64,000 bases of DNA from Acidobacteriota bacterium (GTDB taxonomy: Bacteria; Acidobacteriota; UBA6911; RPQK01; JAJDTT01), in NCBI GenBank assembly GCA_965222655.1, contig CBDCUP010000010.1, positions 372,848-436,847 of the forward strand, read 5' to 3'. Positions 19,673 to 27,993 of the stretch are shown one piece after another. Position 1 is the stretch's first letter; each line of letters opens with the position of its first letter. Below the pieces are notes generated by a model. It did no database searches. It had not been told where the DNA came from and worked only from the letters and a program-made list of their open reading frames with translations. Made by a program: the position numbers and the translations under genes.

Positions 19673-19682
19673 CCGCCTAGCC

Positions 19683-22104
19683 CTGCCCTTTACCCGTAAT
19701 TCGGTACAGGACAAAGTCATGTTTCTGGGTCTCCCAGAGCGAAGCCTTCACACAGGAGCCGGAGGTGTGAATAGCCCTGCCATATCAACTCATGACCCGG
19801 GGGCGCATCCTGGTTGCGTCCTAGGTATCCTCCGATGCGCGCCACCAGCCGTACCGCCTCACCCAGCTGCGAGGGCGGGTTCAAGCTTTTTTTTTGGCGT
19901 AGGCCCCCAGGACATGGAGTTCAAGATCCGAGAAGAGCACCTCGGCGGGCAGTTCCGGGGTTTCTCTGCCCAGCAGAGTCATCAGCATAATCCGCCAGGC
20001 GATGACCAGGTTGATCGCAATCGCCCGGCTGAGGCGCTCGGCGCTTCGGTGGGCGATCTCTTCGATGCGGCAGCCGGACTTCAGCACCCGGTGCCAGTCT
20101 TCAATGCGCCAACGCAGGCAATACCAGCGTAGGCATTGAACCGCCGCTTCGGGCGAGGCGAGAGTGGCGGTAGTCAGAAGGAACCACTCGATGGCTTCGG
20201 TTCCCGCAGGCGGAGAGTCCTCCCGCGCCTGAATCACCCAGATCTCGATGGGCTCCTTATCCGGGTAATATTTCGGGGGGCGAAGTTGGATCCGCCGATA
20301 GCGGACCGAGAGCTCCGCCCGGCGGCGGGGCCTCTGGGGCCGGGCCTTTCGCTTACTGAGCTTGGGCCGAGCGCTCTGGCGCGGCACCTGGACGCGGACC
20401 TGGGTCTGTACCGGCTCCTGTACGAGCGCTTCGAAAAGCTTGAACGGCTCCTCCGTGATGCCGCGGTTGTGTTGGGCGCGCACCAGTAGGTCGACCCCCG
20501 GGTAACGGCGTTGCTCCTCGAACAGCTCGAAGATATCCGCTTCCCGGTCGCAGACGTTGATCAGTCGCGTCTGGGGCATTTGGGCCGCCACTTCTCCGAG
20601 CTCGCGCAGCGCTTGAATCCAGCAGAAGGTCTGTTTTTCCTCGATCGGGATGGCCCAGCTCGGTCGCTTCTCTTGCGGCGATTTCAACTGCGGCGCCAGA
20701 CACTGGGCGCGCAAGACCCCCAGCGGAAGTCCATTGGGGGCCACGGCCAAGGTCGAATGCAGGTGCAATCCCCGACTCTGGGCGCCGGTCTGGTTGCTGC
20801 CGATCACTCCCAGACCTTCACACTGAGCCAGGCTCGTATAGTCCAGATCGGTGCCGTCCTGCAGGCACAACACGGTGCGCTGCCCCTGCATGCGCCGCAG
20901 GGTGCGTTGCCGGTGAGGCTGCAGAATCTGGGGCAGGCTCACCGCGGCCTCGTCCGGGTGGTCGATCAATCGGTAGTAGGCCTTGACCGCCGGCCAATCC
21001 CCCTGGGCCACCCCGCTAAAGGCACGACCCGGTTCCTGCGCCTTGGACTCCACAATGTTCACCAGTCTTCGGCTCAGCCGCGCGTCCCCCAGCGGCGCGC
21101 CGCCAAACTCCTCTTCCGCCCAACTCTCGGCCTCGACCCCCTGGGCCGGAGCCAGCGGCCCCAAGCCGGCCCCCTCGGCCAACCCCAGGCGGGCGCGGAA
21201 CTCCGGCTCCAGCGCATACACATAGATGTCCTTGATCGTTTCCTCCCGCTGGGTGAAACGATCCTGCCGACCCCGACCCTGGGTTCGGCCCACCCGGGTC
21301 CAGTTCGCTGCCCGATAGGATGCCCCCGAAAACCGGCTCGTGTCTACAAAACTCTCGACCAACCAGGGACGGTACCCATAGCGCTGCTCGAAGTCTTCGG
21401 CCAGCCGCTGCAGGCTCAGGCTCAACACCCGCGAGGCCAGGTTCTGACACTGCACGCTGGGTCGGATCAGAAAACGGCTCAGGCACACGACCCCGTGCAG
21501 ATGGGCGCGCCTTTGCTCCGCATCCCAACCGATCCAGCGGTCCCGGTCCACGAGTTGCAACGCCGCGGCGGCAAAGCCCAGGCCCCCCAGCCAGCCGTGC
21601 TCGGAGCCGAGCAGATAGCGCAGCTGCCGTCCCACCAAGGGCCCAGCCCCCAGCGGATGCTCTTCGATCATCAGCTCGTTCCAGATCCGCATCTGCCCCG
21701 GCTCGCCCACCCCGATCAACTCCAGCCCCCGCACCTCCCCCACCTGCTCGGGCACCCCGATCGGCTCCTCCACTGGAGCCGCCAACCGTCGCGGACGGGG
21801 CGCCCCTTTCTGGATCCGTGGGGGCGGCAGCCGAAAACAGCCCTTCGCTTCCAGCTCCCGCAACGCCTTCAGGCAACCTCCCCGCTGGGGCCGCCCGCCG
21901 GGGTCATAGAATCGCAACTGATCGCAAAGAAAACCGGCCAACTCGCTTCGCGAAGAGAAATCCCCTTCTTCCAGCAGCCGGCTTACATACTCGATGCTCT
22001 CGGGCTTCGACAGGGTACGCTTGATCTGATTCTGGAGCTGCATGCCGCTCAGTTTGAACGACCCGAAACTCTTTGTCCAGTCCTTTATTACGGGTAAAGG
22101 GCAG
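19683..22104 (-). mobile_element. IS4-family (IS50/Tn5-like) insertion sequence, 2422 bp
   Basis: 18-bp perfect TIR ctgccctttacccgtaat / attacgggtaaagggcag; 8-bp TSD gcctagcc at 19675-19682 and 22105-22112. Confidence 0.9.
19717..22043 (-). CDS. IS4-family transposase with DUF4338-like N-terminal domain; -1 frameshift at A9 run
   Basis: Tn5-like LGDARLSRRL, QDGTDLDY, LHLHST, VCDREADIFEL, YCLRWRIEDWHRVLKSGC. ORF stops at AYAKKKA; the -1 frame from the T9 run (19887-19895 on +) continues SLNPPSQLGEAVRLVARIGGYLGRNQDAPPGHELIWQGY to a stop at 19717. Confidence 0.85.
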
Positions 22105-22242
22105 GCCTAGCCAGGCTAGGGTAGGCTGGAATATAAATACGGAACGTTTGCAGATAGGGATTGGGGGCATCAGTTTCGGCGCCACCTTTCCGATAGAGCT
22201 CTCTCTGGATTCGACCGATAAGACCAACTGAGGCAACGATCT

Positions 22243-23325
22243 ATGTCTAACTTTCCCGAACAAGTAGTGGTAGACCGGCAACTGTCCCCTATCCTGGTCG
22301 TGGATGACGAGCCGATGATCAGAGATCCTCTCGCAGGATACCTTAGTGGTCAGGGCTTCGCTTGTGACACAGCCGGAACCGGCTCAGAAGCACTGGATAA
22401 GCTTGAGGCAGCTGAGTTTGCTCTTGTCATCGCAGACATACGGATGCCGGGTTTCAGCGGCCTCGAACTCCTGGACAGCCTGGCAGAGGATTACCCTGAC
22501 GTGGCCGTCATCATGATCACCGCGGTTGCCGACGTTCAAACCGCGGTTCACACCATGAAGCAGGGCGCCTACGACTACATTACCAAGCCATTCAACCTGG
22601 ACGAGGTCCTCAAGAGCGTGCATCGTGCGCTGCACCTACGGCTTCTTCGTCTGGAAGATCAGAAGGTCGAGGAGAACCTCCAGGGCCTACTTCAAAGCAA
22701 ATCCTCGGCGCTGAACTCCGCCCTGCAGGATTTGAAACAGAATCGGGAGATCACGCTCGAGACACTGATGAAAGCACTCGACGCACGGGGACATGAGACT
22801 CAATGTCATTCCCAGAGGGTCCAAGCCTACAGCATTCACCTGGCACAACAGATAGGAATCACAAGCGACCAGCTCACTGACCTGGCTCACGGTGCCCTTC
22901 TCCACGACATCGGCAAGATTGGCATTCCAGATGGGATACTCCTCAAGCCAGGTCCCCTGACTCCCGGCGAGTGGACCATCATGAAGCAACATCCCGTCAT
23001 CGGATACGACATTGTCAACGGCACCAACTTCCTGAAAAGGTCGACTCGTGTGGTTCTATGCCATCACGAACGGTACGACGGGAAGGGCTATCCAAACGGA
23101 TTGGCGGGAGACGATATCCCGCTCGAGGCACGCATCTTCTCCATCTTGGATGCCTACGACGCCATGACGACCGATCGACCCTATCGTCAGGCGCTCTCAG
23201 CCGAAGCAGTGAAGGCCCAGCTAGAAGAACACGCTAACTCTCAGTTCGACCCCGACGTCCTTCAGGAGTTTTTCAAGATCCCCGCGGAGGAATTCCAGGT
23301 GATCGGTTCCAGCTGCGTCCAGTAG
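22243..23325 (+). CDS. Response regulator with HD-GYP domain (RpfG-type c-di-GMP phosphodiesterase)
   Basis: REC: VVDDE, IADIRMPG, MITA, ITKPF. HD-GYP: LHDIGKIG, HHERYDGKGYP, DAYDAMTTDRPYR. Confidence 0.92.
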   Translation: MSNFPEQVVVDRQLSPILVVDDEPMIRDPLAGYLSGQGFACDTAGTGSEALDKLEAAEFALVIADIRMPGFSGLELLDSLAEDYPDVAVIMITAVADVQTAVHTMKQGAYDYITKPFNLDEVLKSVHRALHLRLLRLEDQKVEENLQGLLQSKSSALNSALQDLKQNREITLETLMKALDARGHETQCHSQRVQAYSIHLAQQIGITSDQLTDLAHGALLHDIGKIGIPDGILLKPGPLTPGEWTIMKQHPVIGYDIVNGTNFLKRSTRVVLCHHERYDGKGYPNGLAGDDIPLEARIFSILDAYDAMTTDRPYRQALSAEAVKAQLEEHANSQFDPDVLQEFFKIPAEEFQVIGSSCVQ

Positions 23326-23439
23326 CATTCATCTCTAATTCATCTCCAATTCTAGAATAGTCAGTCCCACCTGGGCCGCCCCTCCCTCCCACCCGCCGAA
23401 GACTCTCGACGACATCAGCACGCATCTTCTCCTCAGCCC

Positions 23440-23466
23440 TACAGTTTCTCTCCCGGAAGCCGATAA
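23440..23466 (+). promoter_or_regulatory. sigma28 (FliA) promoter of flagellin
   Basis: TACAGTTT-N11-GCCGATAA, one mismatch to extended consensus TAAAGTTT-N11-GCCGATAA. Confidence 0.82.
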
Positions 23467-23515
23467 GAGAGATGAATGAAAAAAGGGTCTGCCGGTACCC
23501 ATGAACCGGCAAGGG

Positions 23516-23549
23516 GCAAGGATGCTCCGAAAAAACTTTCAAGGAGGAA
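23516..23549 (+). promoter_or_regulatory. Putative CsrA sites in the fliC leader
   Basis: gcaAGGAtgc mini-hairpin (23516-23525) plus AGGA in the SD (aaggagg); csrA and fliW are in the window. Confidence 0.55.
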
Positions 23550-23551
23550 AG

Positions 23552-24412
23552 ATGAGTAGCGCATTCAGTGTCATCACCAACCTTCCGAGCTTGGTGGCAC
23601 AGCACAACGCCACCCAGAATCAGCAAGGCCTGCAGAGAACGCTCTTTCGCCTCTCGACGGGTCAGCGCTTGTTCCGGGGGGGAGAGGATCCTGCTGGACT
23701 CGCCTTGGCCGACGGCCTGAACGGTCAAATTAGGACCCTGGAACAGTCCATTCGCAACGCCAACGACGGTGTAGGTTTTGCACAAACTGCGGATAGCGGT
23801 CTGGGCCAAGTCCAGAACCTTCTGTCCAGGGCGGCTTCGCTTCTGGCCGAGGCAGAATCCGACACCAACAGTAGCGGAGTCGTGGCCATCGAAACCGAGC
23901 TAGGACAGATCTACCAAGAAATCGACCGGATCGGATCCGCTACTTCCTTCAATGGAACCAGCGTGTTCTCGGATACGGCGCGAGGCATTTTCGTAGGAGA
24001 TACCCAGAACCTGACCGCCGCCAACTCCACGATCTCGTTCACCACGAGCGCACTCAATACCAGTGGTCTGGGTGTCAACGATGGAATCGCAGGCAGCGGG
24101 TCGACTCTTACGGTGGACATTTCGGGCACCAACTCGGCTACCTCGATGCTGACCGAAGTGGAAGCCGCTATCGATTTGGTTGCCGCCAGTCGCGGACGTC
24201 TCGGAGCGTCCATGAATCGTCTGGAGACTTCCGTGTCGGTGATGCAGTCTCAGGTCCAAAACCTGACGGCCGCCGAGTCACAGATTCGAGATGCAGACTT
24301 CGCTTCTGAGATCGCGAATCTGACTAAGTTCCAGATCTTATCTCAGGTGGGCGTAGCAGCCATGGCTCAGGCCAACGCTGTACCCCAGAGCGTACTATCC
24401 CTCTTCCAGTAA
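23552..24412 (+). CDS. fliC: Flagellin (short, 286 aa)
   Basis: RLSTGQR, DPAGLALA, QSIRNANDG, RGRLGASMNRL, ESQIRDADFA.E..NLTK.QIL.Q; SD aggagg upstream. Confidence 0.93.
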   Translation: MSSAFSVITNLPSLVAQHNATQNQQGLQRTLFRLSTGQRLFRGGEDPAGLALADGLNGQIRTLEQSIRNANDGVGFAQTADSGLGQVQNLLSRAASLLAEAESDTNSSGVVAIETELGQIYQEIDRIGSATSFNGTSVFSDTARGIFVGDTQNLTAANSTISFTTSALNTSGLGVNDGIAGSGSTLTVDISGTNSATSMLTEVEAAIDLVAASRGRLGASMNRLETSVSVMQSQVQNLTAAESQIRDADFASEIANLTKFQILSQVGVAAMAQANAVPQSVLSLFQ

Positions 24413-24432
24413 GAGAGGGCCACTCGCCAAGG

Positions 24433-24475
24433 CTTGGGCTGAGCTGAGTTCCCTAGGAACTCTGTTCGGCCCAAG
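24433..24475. terminator. Stem-loop after fliC (terminator/processing hairpin)
   Basis: cttgggctga...gagttcc cta ggaactc...tcggcccaag; no clear U-tract. Confidence 0.45.
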
Positions 24476-24490
24476 TGAAGGAGTGAAACC

Positions 24491-24826
24491 ATGGACACAG
24501 GCGTAATCAATCAAATCGAGACCTCATCGGTCGGAACCAACGTTCCCGCCCGAAAGCAGGAAGCAGAGTTGTCTGCACCTAGAAAGAGTTCGGAGGAGGA
24601 TCGGCCCCAGAAACTGGCACCAGCCAAGCAGATGACGCCGGCGCCAATACCTGAAACGAGCCGTTCCGTTACTTTCGAAATTGACAAGCAGTCCAATCAG
24701 CTCTACATCAAAGTCGTTGATCGCCATACTGGAGAGGTAGTCAGACAAATCCCTCCCGAGGCACTGCGAAATATGGCCAAGCAGATGGAGCAGATGAAGG
24801 GCAACATCCTTGACACGAACGCCTGA
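24491..24826 (+). CDS. flaG: FlaG family protein
   Basis: FEIDKQSNQLYIKVVDRHTGEVVRQIPPE; between fliC and fliD. Confidence 0.85.
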   Translation: MDTGVINQIETSSVGTNVPARKQEAELSAPRKSSEEDRPQKLAPAKQMTPAPIPETSRSVTFEIDKQSNQLYIKVVDRHTGEVVRQIPPEALRNMAKQMEQMKGNILDTNA

Positions 24827-24851
24827 CGAATCAGTTTTGTAGGAAAAGACA

Positions 24852-26771
24852 ATGGGAAGTGTTGGAGGTGCTTTTGGCGGTGGTCTGGATGTTCAAGGGA
24901 TCGTCCAACAAATCCTTTTTGTTGAGGCAGCTCCCATCCGGCGACTGGAATCGGAGAAGGGCAGCATCGAGAGTCGCATCAGCGCCTACAACTCGCTGAC
25001 CTCGAAGCTTAGCTCGCTGCAATCCACCATCGAGAGTCTCAATAGCTCCGAGAATTTCGGAGCACGACTGGCCAAGTCCTCTGACGAGGACTCGCTGACT
25101 GCTAACGCTACCAGCGATGCGGCCGTTGGAACCTACCAGATTCAAGTCAGCCGCCTGGCCCTGTTCGACAACTTCGCATCCGATTCCAGTTTCGTTGCCT
25201 CTGATGCCGCTATCGGTACCGGGAGCTTCGATCTCACCGTCGGAACGACGACGACCAACATCACCATAGACTCGACAAGTAACACTTTGGCCGGCCTCAA
25301 GAGCGCCATCAATAATTCCGGAGCAGATGTCAACGCCGCCATCGTGAATGATGGATCAGGCTTCAGGCTCACAATCACCAGCGATACTTCGGGTTCGGAT
25401 AGCGCCATCTCGATCTCGAACAACACCCTACAGCTCGAAGACACCACTCCCTTCACCTTCAGCAGAACTCACAGCATTGCCTCGACCTCCGAACTGGACG
25501 CGAGTCTGACCGTAAACGGCCTCAGCGTCACCGGGAGCAGCAACACGGTCGAGGACGTCATCGAAGGCGTCACCTTGAACCTTTCGGGAACTCCCGCCAG
25601 CACCATTACCCTGACAGTCTCCAACGACACCGAGATGGTCAAGACCAAGATCCAGGAGTTCGTCGACGCCTACAACGACGCCTACAGCTACATCAACGAT
25701 CAGTTCAGCTACAATGCCGCCGCCGAGACCGCGGGGGCTCTCGCAGGAGACGGTACGCTTCGACGAATTCAATCGAGTCTTGCCGCCATCGTGAGTCGCT
25801 CTGTTGATGGGCTAGCAGGCCCCGTCAACAATTTCAGCAGCGCGGGCATCGCGCTTCAGAATGACGGAACACTTGAGGTAGATTCGAGCAAACTGGACAC
25901 CAACCTTGCGGACAATTTCGCCGACATCCAGAAACTTTTTATTGCCTCTGGGGAGGCCACCAACTCGAACGTGGTCTTTTTGGGCGTCGGAGCGACAACC
26001 GAGGCGGGTACCTACGAGATCACAATCACCCAGTTGGCAGAGGCCGCCACAATCACCTCAACCAACGCCATCCCGGGAACTCTTGGAACCGATGAGACAC
26101 TCACTTTTACCCTGGGATCGGAGACCTCAATCTTCAATCTGACCTCAGCCATGACGATCGATGACATCATCAGCGGCCTCACCACTCAGTTTGCGACGGA
26201 CAGTATTGCTCTTACGGCTTCAAAGGATGCCAGCGACCACCTGGTCATAACCTCCAACGACAAGGGCGCGGGGGTGTCTCTAACTGTGGTCTCAGATGTG
26301 GATGGAGTGGGCACGGGAATCGGGACTTCAGGCCTCTCCGACAGCGGTCAGGATCTGGACGGGACTATCAAAGACACTGCGACATCTATAGTTTACGCCG
26401 CCCGGGCCAGCGCAGCAGACATTCTGATCGGCGAGGACGGTCCGGTCAAAGACCTACAGATTCAGTTCCTGGGTTCCACTACCGGCGTTTTCGGGAACCT
26501 TACCGTGAGTCTCGGCTATGCCGAACAGCTCGAACACAACTTGAAGCAGAACACAGATTCCCTGGAAGGTCCGCTTGCCGATGCGGTTACCGGGCTCGAA
26601 GCCTCCATCAGACGCCTCGACGACAACATCAGAGACCTCGAAGACCGCCTGGACCTTAGAGAGCAGGTTCTTCTGCGGCAATTCTCAAAGGCCGATCAAG
26701 CCCTTGCACAACTGGCTAATCTGCAATCAACCATAGGCAGCCAGCTCCAGTCGAGTCTGATACCCAGATAG
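24852..26771 (+). CDS. fliD: Flagellar filament capping protein
   Basis: GLDVQGIVQQI, GTYQIQVSRLA, NTVEDVIEGVTLNL, FVDAYN, C-terminal QFSKAD. Confidence 0.92.
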   Translation: MGSVGGAFGGGLDVQGIVQQILFVEAAPIRRLESEKGSIESRISAYNSLTSKLSSLQSTIESLNSSENFGARLAKSSDEDSLTANATSDAAVGTYQIQVSRLALFDNFASDSSFVASDAAIGTGSFDLTVGTTTTNITIDSTSNTLAGLKSAINNSGADVNAAIVNDGSGFRLTITSDTSGSDSAISISNNTLQLEDTTPFTFSRTHSIASTSELDASLTVNGLSVTGSSNTVEDVIEGVTLNLSGTPASTITLTVSNDTEMVKTKIQEFVDAYNDAYSYINDQFSYNAAAETAGALAGDGTLRRIQSSLAAIVSRSVDGLAGPVNNFSSAGIALQNDGTLEVDSSKLDTNLADNFADIQKLFIASGEATNSNVVFLGVGATTEAGTYEITITQLAEAATITSTNAIPGTLGTDETLTFTLGSETSIFNLTSAMTIDDIISGLTTQFATDSIALTASKDASDHLVITSNDKGAGVSLTVVSDVDGVGTGIGTSGLSDSGQDLDGTIKDTATSIVYAARASAADILIGEDGPVKDLQIQFLGSTTGVFGNLTVSLGYAEQLEHNLKQNTDSLEGPLADAVTGLEASIRRLDDNIRDLEDRLDLREQVLLRQFSKADQALAQLANLQSTIGSQLQSSLIPR

Positions 26772-26798
26772 AAGCAGCAAGAGGAAAGCATCAACAAC

Positions 26799-27218
26799 AT
26801 GGCACACGCACCGAACTACGCAAACTACTACAAGAAAATGGAGATCAACACCGCCGGTCCCTTCGAGCTGATCTTGATCCTTTACCGGGGGGCAATAGAC
26901 AATCTCAAACGCGCCAGACAACACTTTGACCAAGGCAACATCGAACAGAGAGTCCTCTGTCTCAATCGGGCAGTGGGCATGATCGGCGAGCTTCAGTCGG
27001 CTCTCGACTTCGAGCGCGGAAAAGAGATCGCGTCCCACCTGGGGCGGTTGTACAGCTACATGCAGGGTCGCCTGATAGACGTCAATCTGAAAAGGCAACC
27101 AGAGGCCTTGGACGAGGTTGCCAAGCTGCTGGAAATCTTGAAATCTGCGTGGGAAGGAGCCCAACCGCGATCCGTACAGCAGGAGGGCTCGCAGCTCTCA
27201 GGGGTCGCCGCCAGGTGA
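26799..27218 (+). CDS. fliS: Flagellar export chaperone
   Basis: INTAGPFELILILYRGAI, LQSALDFERGKEIASHLGRLYSYM. Confidence 0.9.
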   Translation: MAHAPNYANYYKKMEINTAGPFELILILYRGAIDNLKRARQHFDQGNIEQRVLCLNRAVGMIGELQSALDFERGKEIASHLGRLYSYMQGRLIDVNLKRQPEALDEVAKLLEILKSAWEGAQPRSVQQEGSQLSGVAAR

Positions 27219-27574
27219 GCAACGCCTTCCAACCCTACCAAACCCTTACCAAGCTGCTTCAGAGTCAGGCAAGGGCGCTCGAGGTGAAGGATACCCAGAG
27301 ACTCGAGGCGATCCGCCCACTGATCGAGAAGTACTCGGGACGAATCGGCGAACAGGAGTCCGAACTGCAACACCTCACCTCAGATGAAAAAGTAGTTCTG
27401 AGGCGCCTCTTGACAGACATTCAGCAACAGATCACGAGCAACCAGGAAGGCTGGAAGCACTATCGCGGCGAGCTAGCCAAAGCTCGTTCCCAGCTGCGCG
27501 AAACACGCCGCTTCGCTCAACAGGTCTCAAGTATCTCCTCACCAAGAAGACCCCGCTTTCAGCAGACCGGGTAG
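27215..27574 (+). CDS. Helical protein after fliS (FliT-like by position)
   Basis: GTG start overlapping the fliS stop (GTGA); predicted helical. Assignment is from synteny only. Confidence 0.5.
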   Translation: MSNAFQPYQTLTKLLQSQARALEVKDTQRLEAIRPLIEKYSGRIGEQESELQHLTSDEKVVLRRLLTDIQQQITSNQEGWKHYRGELAKARSQLRETRRFAQQVSSISSPRRPRFQQTG

Positions 27575-27993
27575 TCCGGGGGTACACCTATGAGTGTCCC
27601 GACGTGCTGCTGACACTGGTGAGAAACCCCCATCTGCTCGACTACCTGTTTCCTCAACCACCCGAACGACCGGTCTGGCCATCGGCTACTGCGCTAGAGA
27701 CCCCTTGGTCGAGAAAAAATTCACAAACTGATCAAGTTTCCTGCCTCTGTGTGATGTAGTTTCCAAAGAGACCGCTTCAGCGGTCTGGCGCGAAGCGTAT
27801 TAGACCCGGCCTTCAGGCCGGGGTCAGCTGCGGGCCATCCCTCCGGAGGGCCTTTCAAGGTCCTTCTCGAACCGCGGCTTTAGCCATCTTCGACCCGGAA
27901 CCTGGCTGAAGCCTGTATTCGAGAAGCCCGCTAAAGCGGGCTCCGGCATCTGCTTGCTCGCCCACCCGGCCCTGAACGCCGGGTCTAATACGC

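Noticed and set aside
19881-22043. Druantia anti-phage system (DUF4338/DruA-like domain)
   Set aside because: The domain is fused to a DDE transposase inside TIRs and a TSD; no DruE-like helicase or other dru genes are nearby.
20511-22097. 528-aa plus-strand ORF and other long antisense ORFs (e.g. 4426-5136, 39749-40918, 43390-44349, 56730-57617)
   Set aside because: Shadow ORFs opposite well-supported genes in GC-rich DNA; no recognisable motifs.
27575-27700. Possible riboswitch or ncRNA after the FliT-like gene
   Set aside because: Only short stems (acac/gtgt, ggtagtc/gactacc); no recognisable c-di-GMP or other aptamer consensus, and it is not in a leader position.
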